Shown here: in pieces, positions 47,887 to 58,026 of the stretch
Layout of the letters: each line of letters starts with the position of its first letter
Numbering within the stretch: the first letter of the stretch is position 1
From: Patescibacteria group bacterium
GTDB lineage: Bacteria > Patescibacteriota > Patescibacteriia > Veblenbacterales > UBA10138
Direction: 5' to 3'
Assembly (NCBI GenBank): GCA_041645215.1
Contig: JBAZQK010000006.1
Span: 12,116 to 76,115 of the forward strand
DNA: 64,000 nucleotides
Notes under the pieces: model-generated
What the model was told of the DNA's origin: nothing
What the model saw: only the letters and a program-made list of their open reading frames with translations
Database searches by the model: none
Position numbers and translations under genes: made by a program

Positions 47887-48499
47887 ATTACCTGATTTAT
47901 CATACTCATATGATGCTTTAGAGCCGCATTTTGACGCCAAAACCATGGAAATACATCATACGAAACACCACGCGGCGTATGTGACCAAGCTGAATGAGGC
48001 CTTGGCGCCAGCGCCGGAACTGCAAAGCAAAACGATTGAGGAACTCCTCTCCAACTTGAATGTTGTGCCGGAAAAAATTCGCACGGCTGTGCGCAATCAC
48101 GGCGGCGGCCATTATAATCATTCATTATTTTGGCAAGGTTTATCGCCGGTTAAAACTGAACCCGCTGGTCAGTTGTTGGATTTACTCAATAAAGATTTTG
48201 CTAGTTTGCAGAATTTTATGGAACAGTTTAATAAATCGGCAGCTAGTGTATTTGGCAGCGGTTGGGCGTGGCTGGTTGCCACAACCAACAATGAACAACC
48301 AACAGCGAACAACAAATTGCAAATAGTCACTACGCCGAATCAGGATAGTCCTATTTCACAAGGGTTGAAGCCGCTCTTAGGCCTTGATCTCTGGGAACAT
48401 GCTTATTATCTAAAGTTTCAAAATCGACGGCCTGATTATGTGGCAGCCTGGTGGGAAGTGGTAAATTGGCCAGAGGTTACTAAACGCTTGGCCCAATAG
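47879..48499 (+). CDS. sodA: Fe/Mn superoxide dismutase
   Basis: [32 protein letters not shown]; GGG-H and NQD residues suggest the Mn type. Confidence 0.95.
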   Translation: MFKLPDLSYSYDALEPHFDAKTMEIHHTKHHAAYVTKLNEALAPAPELQSKTIEELLSNLNVVPEKIRTAVRNHGGGHYNHSLFWQGLSPVKTEPAGQLLDLLNKDFASLQNFMEQFNKSAASVFGSGWAWLVATTNNEQPTANNKLQIVTTPNQDSPISQGLKPLLGLDLWEHAYYLKFQNRRPDYVAAWWEVVNWPEVTKRLAQ

Positions 48500-48503
48500 A
48501 CTG

Positions 48504-49250
48504 ATGCCGTTCCTGCGCATAAAGAATTTGTCAGTATCAGCCGGCCGGTTAAAGATACTGACCAACATAAATTTAAATTTAGCCCCCGGCCAGATTTTGG
48601 CGTTAGTGGGACCCAACGGTTCAGGCAAATCCACCTTGGCCCAAACCTTGATGGGTAATCCCAGTTATCGGGTAACTCATGGTTCAGTAACGTTAGGAAG
48701 AAAAAATATTTTAAAACTGAAACCGGAGCAACGAGCGCAGGCCGGTTTTTTTTTGGCGTTTCAGAATCCGCTGTCTTTTTCCGGGTTAAGCTCAATGGGA
48801 TACTTGCGCACAGTGTACAATAATCGTTTAGTTAAAGCCGGCTTACAGCCGGTCAGCCTGCTTGATTTTGATAAACTAATAAAACCGTTGGCTGTTGACC
48901 TGGGCTTAAGCGCCATTCTTAAGCGAGATTTAAATGAGGATTTTTCCGGGGGTGAGAAAAAACGGATGGAAGCCCTGCAGATGGCCATTTTAAGGCCAAA
49001 ATTGGCGATTATAGACGAGATTGACTCGGGATTGGATATAGATTCGTTTTGGGCTATAAAAACGCTTATAAATCGTTTAAAAAGGCAAGGTGCAGCCTTT
49101 ATAATTATTTCACACTATACCAAGCTTCTACGTGCCTTTAAACCAGATAAGGTGCTAATTATGTCGCAGGGCGAAATAGTCAAAAACAGTGACAGCTCTT
49201 TACTCACTAAAATTGACCGATTGGGGTTTAAGCGGTTACTAAAATCTTAA
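48504..49250 (+). CDS. sufC: Fe-S assembly ATPase
   Basis: GPNGSGKST, FLAFQNP, FSGGEKKR, DEIDSGLD. Confidence 0.96.
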   Translation: MPFLRIKNLSVSAGRLKILTNINLNLAPGQILALVGPNGSGKSTLAQTLMGNPSYRVTHGSVTLGRKNILKLKPEQRAQAGFFLAFQNPLSFSGLSSMGYLRTVYNNRLVKAGLQPVSLLDFDKLIKPLAVDLGLSAILKRDLNEDFSGGEKKRMEALQMAILRPKLAIIDEIDSGLDIDSFWAIKTLINRLKRQGAAFIIISHYTKLLRAFKPDKVLIMSQGEIVKNSDSSLLTKIDRLGFKRLLKS

Positions 49251-49254
49251 AAAG

Positions 49255-50649
49255 ATGGACACCTACCTTACCAATAAACAGTATAAATATGGTTTTCACG
49301 ATAAAGTAAAACCGTATTACATTTTGCGCCCCGGCTTAAGTAAAAAGACAGTTGAGGAAATTTCTCATTTAAAAAATGAGCTGGCTTGGATGCGGCAGAG
49401 TCGTTTATTAGGCTATGATTTTTTTGTCAAACGACCATTGCCCGATTGGGGTCCGAGTTTGCGGGGGCTTAATTTTAGCAAGTTAAGATATTATGCTACG
49501 CCACTGGACAAGGCCGCTGCCGAATCAGGCTACATTCCCAGCAACGTTAAAAAAACTTTTGAACGTTTGGGTATACCGTCGGTGGAGGTGGATTTTTTAA
49601 CTGGCAGCGGGGCGCAATATGATTCGGAAATGGTTTATCATGCTCTTAAAAAAGATTGGCAAGGCCGGGGCGTGATTTTTTGCAGTATGGACGAAGCTGT
49701 TAAAAAACACCCGGACATAGTGTCTAAATATTATGGTACCATTGTCACTGCCAATGATAATAAACTGGCGGCTTTAAATACAGCCGTGTGGTCAGGCGGC
49801 AGTTTTGTCTATATACCCCGAAACGTAAAACTTGATAAACCTTTGCAAACTTATTTTCGGCTTAACGCCCGGAACTTGGGGCAATTTGAACGTACTTTAA
49901 TAATCGCCGAGGAGGGTAGCGAGGTGCATTATGTAGAAGGCTGTACCGCACCGGTTTACAATGTTGATTCCTTGCACGCCGCCGTGGTGGAAATAATCGT
50001 TAAACCTTACGCGCGCGTACGCTATACCACTGTGCAGAATTGGTCTAATAATGTTTATAATTTGGTAACTAAAAGAGCTTTCGTGGCCGAAGGCGGCGTG
50101 ATGGAATGGATAGACGGCAATTTTGGCAGTCAATTGACCATGAAATATCCCAGCGCCATTCTGGCTGGCCGCGGCGCTAAGGCTGAGATTATGTCGCTGG
50201 CCGTAGCTGGGCCTGGACAGCAGCAGGATGCCGGTTCCAAAGCCATTCATTTGGCCAGCGATACCAGTTCTAATATTTTGTCAAAATCAATTGCGCATCA
50301 CGGTGGGCGAACCAGTTACCGGGGTTTAATCAAAGTGGCACCCGGAGCCAAAAATTGCAAAATAAAGGTTAAATGTGATGCGTTATTAACGGATAATAAA
50401 TCGCAGTCTGATACTTATCCGACTATGGATATAAAAAACTCGCGCACTCAAACCGAGCACGAAGCCACGGTAACCAGAGTTGGTGAAGAGCAGTTGTTCT
50501 ATTTGCAAAGCCGAGGACTGTCTGAAAGCGAAGCTACTTCTATGATTGTTTCCGGATTTATTGAACCAATCGCCCGTGAATTGCCGCAGGAATTCGCCAT
50601 TGAACTTAATCGGCTGATAAATTTGGAAATGGACGGCAGTGTGGGATAA
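49255..50649 (+). CDS. sufB: Fe-S assembly protein SufB
   Basis: AQYDSE, GQFERTLI, YVEGCTAP, YNLVTKRA, HEAT, LEMDGSVG. Confidence 0.97.
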   Translation: MDTYLTNKQYKYGFHDKVKPYYILRPGLSKKTVEEISHLKNELAWMRQSRLLGYDFFVKRPLPDWGPSLRGLNFSKLRYYATPLDKAAAESGYIPSNVKKTFERLGIPSVEVDFLTGSGAQYDSEMVYHALKKDWQGRGVIFCSMDEAVKKHPDIVSKYYGTIVTANDNKLAALNTAVWSGGSFVYIPRNVKLDKPLQTYFRLNARNLGQFERTLIIAEEGSEVHYVEGCTAPVYNVDSLHAAVVEIIVKPYARVRYTTVQNWSNNVYNLVTKRAFVAEGGVMEWIDGNFGSQLTMKYPSAILAGRGAKAEIMSLAVAGPGQQQDAGSKAIHLASDTSSNILSKSIAHHGGRTSYRGLIKVAPGAKNCKIKVKCDALLTDNKSQSDTYPTMDIKNSRTQTEHEATVTRVGEEQLFYLQSRGLSESEATSMIVSGFIEPIARELPQEFAIELNRLINLEMDGSVG

Positions 50650-50703
50650 ATAAAATCCCTTCTGTTTGCGAGAAGGGAATCTTTAAAATCTGCTGAAATC
50701 ATT

Positions 50704-51222
50704 TTAGTCAAGCGAGGGAAAGGCACTAGATAGTGTATTCACTAGCCAGTTAATTGTATTTTTGGTGTTGGCAATTAGATAGTATGACAGTAATAGTATG
50801 ATGGTTTGTAAAAATAAAGCCAAGGCGGTGCGTACAATCATTTCTTTTTTAACTCCCATTAATATTGACATGATTAGGAATACTATAGCCACCAGTTCAA
50901 TCATGAAATTATTTTCTACGAATGCGTAAATGATCGTGGCTACGCATATAGGAATTAATTTCTGATAACAACTTTTCCAGTCTTCATCATCAAAAGCGTT
51001 GATGTAATATACTATTAAGAGCAATACTCCAAACACTATCATTAATATCAGGCAATTCTCCGCTACCTTAGCTGGGTTAGTTTGATAGGTTATGAGACCA
51101 CAGCCAGTAGTAGCCAGAATAACGTAAAGTATGTATCGATAAATAAAATTATTTGGAAGCCTATCAGCTATGCCAAAGGCAACTCCCCAAAACTTATCAA
51201 CAACAAAATCTACAGCTTTCAT
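50704..51222 (-). CDS. Hypothetical multi-TM protein inside the suf cluster
   Basis: About five hydrophobic helices; GGAGG upstream; opposite strand. Confidence 0.7.
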   Translation of the reverse strand: MKAVDFVVDKFWGVAFGIADRLPNNFIYRYILYVILATTGCGLITYQTNPAKVAENCLILMIVFGVLLLIVYYINAFDDEDWKSCYQKLIPICVATIIYAFVENNFMIELVAIVFLIMSILMGVKKEMIVRTALALFLQTIILLLSYYLIANTKNTINWLVNTLSSAFPSLD

Positions 51223-51314
51223 AATTTCCTCCGATTTGCTTTATAATGATTGATTTTATTAAGGTCCATTTTTACTAGCTTTATTTGAACCTAACCTACA
51301 ACTTCACAGCCTGT

Positions 51315-52001
51315 ATGTCAAGTCAGTTATTAAAATTCACAACCAATCCAGTTAAAGCAATAAATGTCGGTAAAAACCAGTTCCAACAGATTGACTTGTC
51401 AACATTTTCAGGAAATAGTTTTGTTTTTAAACTAAGACCTGGAGTCAAACTCAATTTAACTCAAACCGCCGTTAGGCCGCGCGACGTTCAGATAGAACTT
51501 GGTGAAAAATCGCTGCTTAATTATTTTGTTGAATTTAAATACAGTGACAGTGCCATAAATAATTCAATTACCATTAAGTTAAACGGCGCTGAAGCCGAAG
51601 TTAATTTGAATATGGTGGTGATTGGCCGGGCCCAGGGAAAAGCGGCACTTAAAGTTAAACTGGAACATTTGGCTGCCAGTACCAAAGGACGAATTCAAAT
51701 CAGGCGTTTGCAATATGATGCTTCGCAAAGTGAAATAAAGGGTCTGCTGTTTATTGGCCCGCGCGGCACTGGCACTGATACTTATTTATCTGACAAATCA
51801 CTGCTAATTGGTGAGCGCAGCCAGGCGCTATCGGTGCCTCAACTGGAGATAAAAACTAACAATGTTAAAGCCTCCCACGGCGCCGCGATTGGTCATATTA
51901 GCCCGGAGGGTTTATTTTATTTGCAAAGCCGCGGACTGTCCGGAGCTAAGGCTATTAAATATTTAAGTCAGGCTTTTATCGCGCCGGCCTTGCGTAAATA
52001 G
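51315..52001 (+). CDS. sufD: SufD-like protein (short)
   Basis: PQLEIKTNNVKASHGAAIG, FYLQSRGL; start moved to ATG 51315. Confidence 0.85.
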   Translation: MSSQLLKFTTNPVKAINVGKNQFQQIDLSTFSGNSFVFKLRPGVKLNLTQTAVRPRDVQIELGEKSLLNYFVEFKYSDSAINNSITIKLNGAEAEVNLNMVVIGRAQGKAALKVKLEHLAASTKGRIQIRRLQYDASQSEIKGLLFIGPRGTGTDTYLSDKSLLIGERSQALSVPQLEIKTNNVKASHGAAIGHISPEGLFYLQSRGLSGAKAIKYLSQAFIAPALRK

Positions 52002-52025
52002 GGTTATTTTGGGTATATTAAGAAT

Positions 52026-53237
52026 ATGTTAGATAATATCCGCGATTTATTTCCGATATTTTCCTCGGAGCTGGGTAAAAACTTGGCTTATTTAGATAAT
52101 GCCGCTTCCACTCAAAAACCGGCGGTGGTTTTAGAACAAATGGACAAGTTTTATCGCACCTCGTATGCCAATGTGCATCGCGGTTTATATAAGTTGGCTG
52201 AAACCGCTACGGCTGAATATGAAGCCGTGCGGGAAATTGTCCGTAAATTTATAAACGCCAAGAACCAGACTGAAATAATATTTACCCGCAATACCAACGC
52301 CAGCCTTAATATAGTGGCGCAAAGTTATTGTCAGCAGCTAGCGCCGGGCGATGAAATACTGCTTACCGAAATGGAACATCACGCTAATTTAGTGCCGTGG
52401 CAGCAAATGGCCCGGCGGTATAAATTAAAAGTTCGCTATTTGCCAATCACTACTGAAGGGCGGTTAGATGAAGCCAGATATGATGATTATTTTAATAGTA
52501 AAACTAAGGTGGTGAGCGTTACGGCCATGTCCAATGTTTTAGGTTCGGTCTCGGTTTTAGAGCCTTTAATCAGCCGGGCTAAAGCCGTAGGCGCGCGCGT
52601 AATAATTGACGCCGCTCAATCCGTTCCGCATTTCCCCATTGATGTGCAAAAATTAAATATTGACGCTTTGGCTTTTTCCGGACATAAAATATTTGGCCCG
52701 TCGGGCATAGGCGTACTTTACGGGCAAGAAGAATTTTTAAATCAAATTCCGCCGTTTGAATATGGCAGCCAGATGATAGACCAAGTTACTTATGAAGCGG
52801 CAACTTGGGCGCCGCTACCCAGTAAATTTGAAGTCGGTACGCCGCCCATTGTTGAAGTAATTGGCTTAGGTGCGGCCTTAGAATTTGTTAAGGAATTAGG
52901 TTGGCCGGTCATTTCCCGCCATGAAGCTGATTTAACAGCTTATGGTTTGTCGGCTTTATTAGAAGTTAACGGCTTGAAGATTATTGGCCCCCGCACGGTG
53001 GAAAACCGCGGTCCGGTGTTTGCTTTTACAGTTAGTGGAATTCACCCGCATGATTTAGCCAGCGTACTTGATTCGGTTGGAGTAGCAGTACGTTCCGGCC
53101 ATCACTGCGCTTTGCCCCTGCACTCCAAATTTGGCTTAACTGCCAGCACCCGGGCCAGTTTTACCATTTATAATACCAAAGCGGAGATTGACCGGCTGGT
53201 TGAAGGAATTAAAACCGCGCAAAAAATGTTTGTCTAA
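52026..53237 (+). CDS. sufS: Cysteine desulfurase
   Basis: YLDNAASTQKP, EHHAN, FSGHK, RSGHHCA. Confidence 0.97.
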   Translation: MLDNIRDLFPIFSSELGKNLAYLDNAASTQKPAVVLEQMDKFYRTSYANVHRGLYKLAETATAEYEAVREIVRKFINAKNQTEIIFTRNTNASLNIVAQSYCQQLAPGDEILLTEMEHHANLVPWQQMARRYKLKVRYLPITTEGRLDEARYDDYFNSKTKVVSVTAMSNVLGSVSVLEPLISRAKAVGARVIIDAAQSVPHFPIDVQKLNIDALAFSGHKIFGPSGIGVLYGQEEFLNQIPPFEYGSQMIDQVTYEAATWAPLPSKFEVGTPPIVEVIGLGAALEFVKELGWPVISRHEADLTAYGLSALLEVNGLKIIGPRTVENRGPVFAFTVSGIHPHDLASVLDSVGVAVRSGHHCALPLHSKFGLTASTRASFTIYNTKAEIDRLVEGIKTAQKMFV

Positions 53238-53340
53238 TTTTCCATTTTGAGTTTTTCATGCCCAAGGCAGATCCCCGCCGGCCGTCGGGCAGGTGCCTCG
53301 GGCGGAGATATTTGGATTTTGACATTGGGATTTTTTAAGT

Positions 53341-53694
53341 ATGGATTTATATCAGCAAAATATACTGGATCATTATAAACATCCGCGACGACAAGGGAAA
53401 TTAACCGGCGCGGTTAAGGCTGGCCAGGCTGATAATTTATCGTGCGGTGATTCGGTCAGTTTTGAAATCGTGCTGAAGGCTGACGTAATTGCGGACATTG
53501 GTTGGTCGGGTGATGGATGCGTATTGTCGCAAGCTGCCGCCTCAATGCTGGCGGAAACAGCGGTGGGATTGAAAGTTGATGCTGTAAAAAAATATGATAG
53601 TCAAACTATCACAAATTTACTTGGTATAACACCCGGCCCTAACCGTTTGCAGTGTGCTTTACTGGCGTTAGACGCCCTTAAAAAGGCACTGTAG
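53341..53694 (+). CDS. sufU: SufU/IscU-type scaffold
   Basis: LYQQNILDHYKHP, SCGD, GCVLSQAAAS, RLQCA. Confidence 0.93.
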   Translation: MDLYQQNILDHYKHPRRQGKLTGAVKAGQADNLSCGDSVSFEIVLKADVIADIGWSGDGCVLSQAAASMLAETAVGLKVDAVKKYDSQTITNLLGITPGPNRLQCALLALDALKKAL

Positions 53695-53778
53695 TATTGT
53701 GCAAGGGGCAAGCCTCTGATTTAACTTATTTTCCTCCGCAGCTGTAAAGTTGGACGCTTTTTGGCAATTTAATAATTA

Positions 53779-53808
53779 GGGAAATTACCACGACCGTGGT
53801 AATTTCCC
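53779..53808. terminator. 14-bp stem hairpin between convergent genes
   Basis: GGGAAATTACCACG-AC-CGTGGTAATTTCCC. Confidence 0.5.
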
Positions 53809-53892
53809 AACAAAGAAGATCTGGTAATTTATTGGAAGAGATAATTAGATTGAAGCTAAAAACCCAGAAAGATTGAATAAATCTATGAGGTT

Positions 53893-54237
53893 TTATTCTT
53901 TAAGGTCGCCGATTATACAACCATATACTCCGATTACGAGATGTAATACAGTTTCGCCGGGCTCCAAATGAAACCAGTCAAAAAAATTAGGAAAAGTCAG
54001 CCCAAACAAAACAAAAACTAAACTCACTATGCCGACAGTGGTGGCGTAATTTTTTAGATATTTAATTTCGGTTTGTGACGTAAAACTTAATTTTAAGCCA
54101 ATTGCGCCGCCAATTAAGTAAACAAAACTTTGCCATAAATCCAGTTCAAACACCCCCCAAAATTGCGGTTGAAAAAAACCGCTTAAACCGAGTAAAAATA
54201 AAATTATCGCTAGGGGACGGATATAAGTTTTGAGCAT
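53893..54237 (-). CDS. Small four-TM membrane protein (DUF4383-like)
   Basis: LGL.GF, LHLVIG; four hydrophobic helices. Confidence 0.6.
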   Translation of the reverse strand: MLKTYIRPLAIILFLLGLSGFFQPQFWGVFELDLWQSFVYLIGGAIGLKLSFTSQTEIKYLKNYATTVGIVSLVFVLFGLTFPNFFDWFHLEPGETVLHLVIGVYGCIIGDLKE

Positions 54238-54454
54238 ACGTTAAGTATAGGGGAAATGACTAGAATTTGGAAATTCTATTTAAAACTTAAACCCTAAAAC
54301 CTAAATCTTAAATAAATTTTAATAATTTAAAATTTAAAAATCAAATATCAAAATGACAATCCAAAATGTAAAAATTTTGTAATTTTAATATGTCATTTTA
54401 CATTTTGATTTTTGCATTTTGAAGTTCATTTTTACTGTGCTAAACTAAAACCAT

Positions 54455-55405
54455 ATGAAACATCACATTTTAACAATCGGCGGGGCGACTTGGGACGTGC
54501 TTTTAACTACTGATGAGTGCTATTTGTTGCCGGGCGGTTCACACAAGTTATTAGGTTTTCCTTATGGCGGTAAAGTTGATGTCAGTAACGCGGTTTATGG
54601 TTTTGGCGGCGGGGCGGCTAACGTGGCAGTTGGTTTAAGCAAATTGGGCTTAAAAACTTCAATTATAACCCGTTTGGGCAACGACTGGCGCGGCCATGAA
54701 GTTGTAAAAAACCTGCAGCACTATAAAATTGATACCACTAAGGTGCAAAAGGATAAAAAACTGGTAACGCCGCTGTCATTTGTCATAACCAGCTGTGGGC
54801 CGCGTGACCATGTTGTTTTTGTGGACCGGGCAGCCTCACAAAATTTACAAATTCCGCGCCAGCCGGACAAAACCGCTACTTGGCTATATTTAACCAGTTT
54901 AGCTACGCCTACCTGGTCAATAAGTTTAGACAAGCTCTTTCAGGCCAGCAAAGCAAGGGGCGTGAAAGTTTTTTGGAATCCGGGTTCAAAACAATTACAA
55001 CAGTTTGAATCTTTAAAAAAGCTCTTGCCTTACGTAACGATTCTTAATGTTAATAAGGAAGAAGCTGGATTAATAATTAAGCGCAGAAAGTCCGCCGCGT
55101 CTGACGTATCAGTTTTGTTAAAAGGATTAAAGTCGTTTGGACCTGAGATGGTTATTATAACTGACGGCGCCAACGGAGCTTATTGTTTTGATGGCAGTCA
55201 TATTTTATATCATGCGGCCTTAAAAGTTAAACCGGTTAACACCACCGGCGCTGGTGACGCCTTTGGCAGCGGTTTTTTAGCCGGTTTAATTCATACCGGT
55301 GAAGTCAAAAAAGCCCTGCATTGGGGTATGCTTAACTCCAGCTCGGTTATTACCCTCCCCGGCGCGCAAAAAGGGTTGTTGAGGTTGAGGGCTATCACCA
55401 GTTAA
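54455..55405 (+). CDS. PfkB-family carbohydrate/nucleoside kinase
   Basis: GGGAANVA.GL..LG, NKEEA, TDGANG, NTTGAGDAFGSGF. Confidence 0.93.
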   Translation: MKHHILTIGGATWDVLLTTDECYLLPGGSHKLLGFPYGGKVDVSNAVYGFGGGAANVAVGLSKLGLKTSIITRLGNDWRGHEVVKNLQHYKIDTTKVQKDKKLVTPLSFVITSCGPRDHVVFVDRAASQNLQIPRQPDKTATWLYLTSLATPTWSISLDKLFQASKARGVKVFWNPGSKQLQQFESLKKLLPYVTILNVNKEEAGLIIKRRKSAASDVSVLLKGLKSFGPEMVIITDGANGAYCFDGSHILYHAALKVKPVNTTGAGDAFGSGFLAGLIHTGEVKKALHWGMLNSSSVITLPGAQKGLLRLRAITS

Positions 55406-55421
55406 TTTTTGTTAATGGCCT

Positions 55422-56462
55422 ATGGCTGGCCAAAAATCAATTATTAGGTTACAAGAGAGTAACATTAAGGACTATTTGAAGCTTAGGGCATCAGTGGTTC
55501 CTTTTGCTATTAAAAATATTAAAAAAATTGAACTGGTTGAACAATATAGCAATAGTAATTATTTGTTTAAACTCTTCATTTCTAAACCAAAATCGATTTA
55601 TTATTTAAAACAGGGTTGGATATACAATCGACGGAGCGAATTGCAAAATAAACCGTTTCCAGTTGACCCGACTAGGATCTTGGGTGAGGTTAAGTTGATA
55701 CGGTTATTATCCACAATCTGGGATAGAGATTGCGTACCCAGGGTGTATTTTTTAGATAGAAAAAATTATGCTTTTTTAATGTCTGACGTGTCCAAAACCG
55801 GCAAATTATTAATTGAGGAATTTAATCATAATCGCGTCCACCCGGAAATAGCTAAAAAGTTGGCAGTTTATTTAGCAAAATTACACACCTTGACCTGGAA
55901 AACAAAAACCACAGCTGGTTGCAGTCGCCGTTATACTAAATTCATGAAAGAATATTTATTTAAATATCATTGGGGCTATGGGGCTAACAAATTGCTGCCC
56001 TTTAATAATGTTAGTGAATTTTTTAGCGAAGTAGAGAATACTGCCAGCAGTATTATTTGGGCAGACCCTATTTATCGCAATATATTTGTTAAACCTGAAG
56101 GTAAGCTTGCTTTGGTAGATTTTGATTTTACTATTCGTTATGACCCTATGGCTGATGTGGCGATTTTATTGTCCCATTGGGTATGGATGTTACTCAAAGG
56201 AAATAAGGAAGTCAGCAAAGACTGCCATAAATTTATAAAAACGTTTAGCAGCTCATATTGGCCGGTTTGGATAAAAGTCCATAAAATCAGCAATCAGACT
56301 ATGCAACAAATGAAATTACGAACTGATAAATGGATAGGAATTTACCTGCTATCTCGGACAGATGGAAAGTCGGGTTCGTATTTTAAAAAATGGCCTAGTT
56401 GGGAAAAGCGTATTCGTCAGCTCGGTATAAAATTGTTCAATGGCGAAGCCTCAATTTTTTGA
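55422..56462 (+). CDS. APH/choline-kinase-fold phosphotransferase, MtnK-like
   Basis: NSNYLF..YYLKQ..P....RI..E, LAKLH, ADPIYRNIFV, LVDFDF, YDPMADVA. Confidence 0.7.
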   Translation: MAGQKSIIRLQESNIKDYLKLRASVVPFAIKNIKKIELVEQYSNSNYLFKLFISKPKSIYYLKQGWIYNRRSELQNKPFPVDPTRILGEVKLIRLLSTIWDRDCVPRVYFLDRKNYAFLMSDVSKTGKLLIEEFNHNRVHPEIAKKLAVYLAKLHTLTWKTKTTAGCSRRYTKFMKEYLFKYHWGYGANKLLPFNNVSEFFSEVENTASSIIWADPIYRNIFVKPEGKLALVDFDFTIRYDPMADVAILLSHWVWMLLKGNKEVSKDCHKFIKTFSSSYWPVWIKVHKISNQTMQQMKLRTDKWIGIYLLSRTDGKSGSYFKKWPSWEKRIRQLGIKLFNGEASIF

Positions 56463-56470
56463 TATAGAAA

Positions 56471-57133
56471 TTATCTAGTCTCGTCGGGCTGATTATCAGC
56501 AGTTACAAAATTTACAATATCATCAACTTTATCAAGTGAAAATTTCTTTAACCAGACAGGTGTCTGATCTTTTATTTCATTCGCAAAAGTCTTAAGCCAA
56601 GCTTCATCTTGCTGAACTAGGCCATAGTCGGATTTGTTTTGTAAGTCTGGTTGATTTTCATCCCAACCAACCAAAGCGATTGGTTTAGGCTTATCAGATG
56701 TTAAATTAAAAGCTAGAGTTGATAAAAGATGGGCCCGTGTGCCCTTGGTACCAGGGAAAAACAAAAAGGCTTTTGAGTTGGCCAAAAACAATCCCATGCG
56801 TAAGGCCCAAGCAGTATCCTTGACCTGTTGTTCAGTCGGATTGTCATTCTTAAGCAGCTCTTTGGTTATGTCGGCACAATTGACAGATTCAATGGCATTT
56901 TCATCAAACTGTGTGACCCGTCCGTCAGCTGTCATTTCATGAGGAGTTATTTTTATACCCGATTGTTCCAAAACTTTAACAAAGCCGCCATAGGCTCCCA
57001 CATTAGCCTGCCAGCCCTTATCTTTTAGCGCTTGACTAATAGCTAAGGCCGATTCTTTAAACGGCCCTTGCGGGTCGCGGTCGCCTTGAACAAAGATATG
57101 TTTTTCGTGATCGTTTTTGTATAGTTCTTGCAT
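56471..57133 (-). CDS. LOG/SLOG-like protein (divergent)
   Basis: VGAYGGF, R...F....AFLFFPGTKGT..H, KPIALVG; paralog of 58859-59467. Confidence 0.65.
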   Translation of the reverse strand: MQELYKNDHEKHIFVQGDRDPQGPFKESALAISQALKDKGWQANVGAYGGFVKVLEQSGIKITPHEMTADGRVTQFDENAIESVNCADITKELLKNDNPTEQQVKDTAWALRMGLFLANSKAFLFFPGTKGTRAHLLSTLAFNLTSDKPKPIALVGWDENQPDLQNKSDYGLVQQDEAWLKTFANEIKDQTPVWLKKFSLDKVDDIVNFVTADNQPDETR

Positions 57134-57194
57134 AATTATTAGGTTAATAATACTCTTTAAGTATAGTAAAACTTAACTAATTGTCAATTTTGTT

Positions 57195-57962
57195 ATGAAT
57201 ATAAGAAATCAAGAATTAATTGACAGGTTAGGCAAATTTCCTAATCTTTACACCCTAGTTCCGGTAATGACTACTTATGGATTGATTCCGGCGGATTTTT
57301 CCCGTGGCGTGGTAGGCGACCCGACAATTCTGCGTTTAATGGCTGAAGAATTTAATCAGCTGATTGATTTTAATAATATAGATATTATTGCCGGCATTGA
57401 TTTGTCTGGTGTGACTATGGCTTGCGCTTTGTCGCTGGTAACTAATAAACCCCTAATTATTGTTCGTGAAGCCAGCAAACGCCCAGGGCGTCCCAGTATA
57501 GTTGGCGATGTTAATTTTATTAAACCGGGAGTCAGGGTTTTATTGGTTGATGATTCCATGGCAGCGGCTAAAACTAAACAAGAACGAGTGGAAAAATTAG
57601 CCGCAGTTGGCGCTAGAGTAACTGACTTAGCGGTTTTTATTTATGGCCAGTATCAAATTGACCGCTACCAAGATAAATTTCAAGATGTATTTAAGATACA
57701 AAAATGGTTTGACAATAGCGGTATTAAACTGCATTATTTGTTGACTTGGAAAGAGCTGGCTGATTTACAATATAAGTATGGCACTATCAATAAAGAATTT
57801 AACGAGGTGGTACGGGAGGCCTTACACTGGGACGCGTGGTTGGATAATGACGAGGGTTATTTAGCTAAATTCGTAAATTGTTTTCGGATTCATAACGTAC
57901 CCTTGCCTGATTATGTAATTGAGTTTTATAAACAAAAAGGGATTGATATAAATAATTTATGA
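57195..57962 (+). CDS. Type I phosphoribosyltransferase, PyrE-like paralog 1
   Basis: IIAGIDLSG, LIIVRE, VLLVDDSMAAAKTK. Confidence 0.85.
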   Translation: MNIRNQELIDRLGKFPNLYTLVPVMTTYGLIPADFSRGVVGDPTILRLMAEEFNQLIDFNNIDIIAGIDLSGVTMACALSLVTNKPLIIVREASKRPGRPSIVGDVNFIKPGVRVLLVDDSMAAAKTKQERVEKLAAVGARVTDLAVFIYGQYQIDRYQDKFQDVFKIQKWFDNSGIKLHYLLTWKELADLQYKYGTINKEFNEVVREALHWDAWLDNDEGYLAKFVNCFRIHNVPLPDYVIEFYKQKGIDINNL

Positions 57963-58026
57963 CAAGTATGTGGTACGAGGCCTAAAATTGTTCAAAGAAG
58001 AAACTTCAGTTTTTTGATATAAAAAT

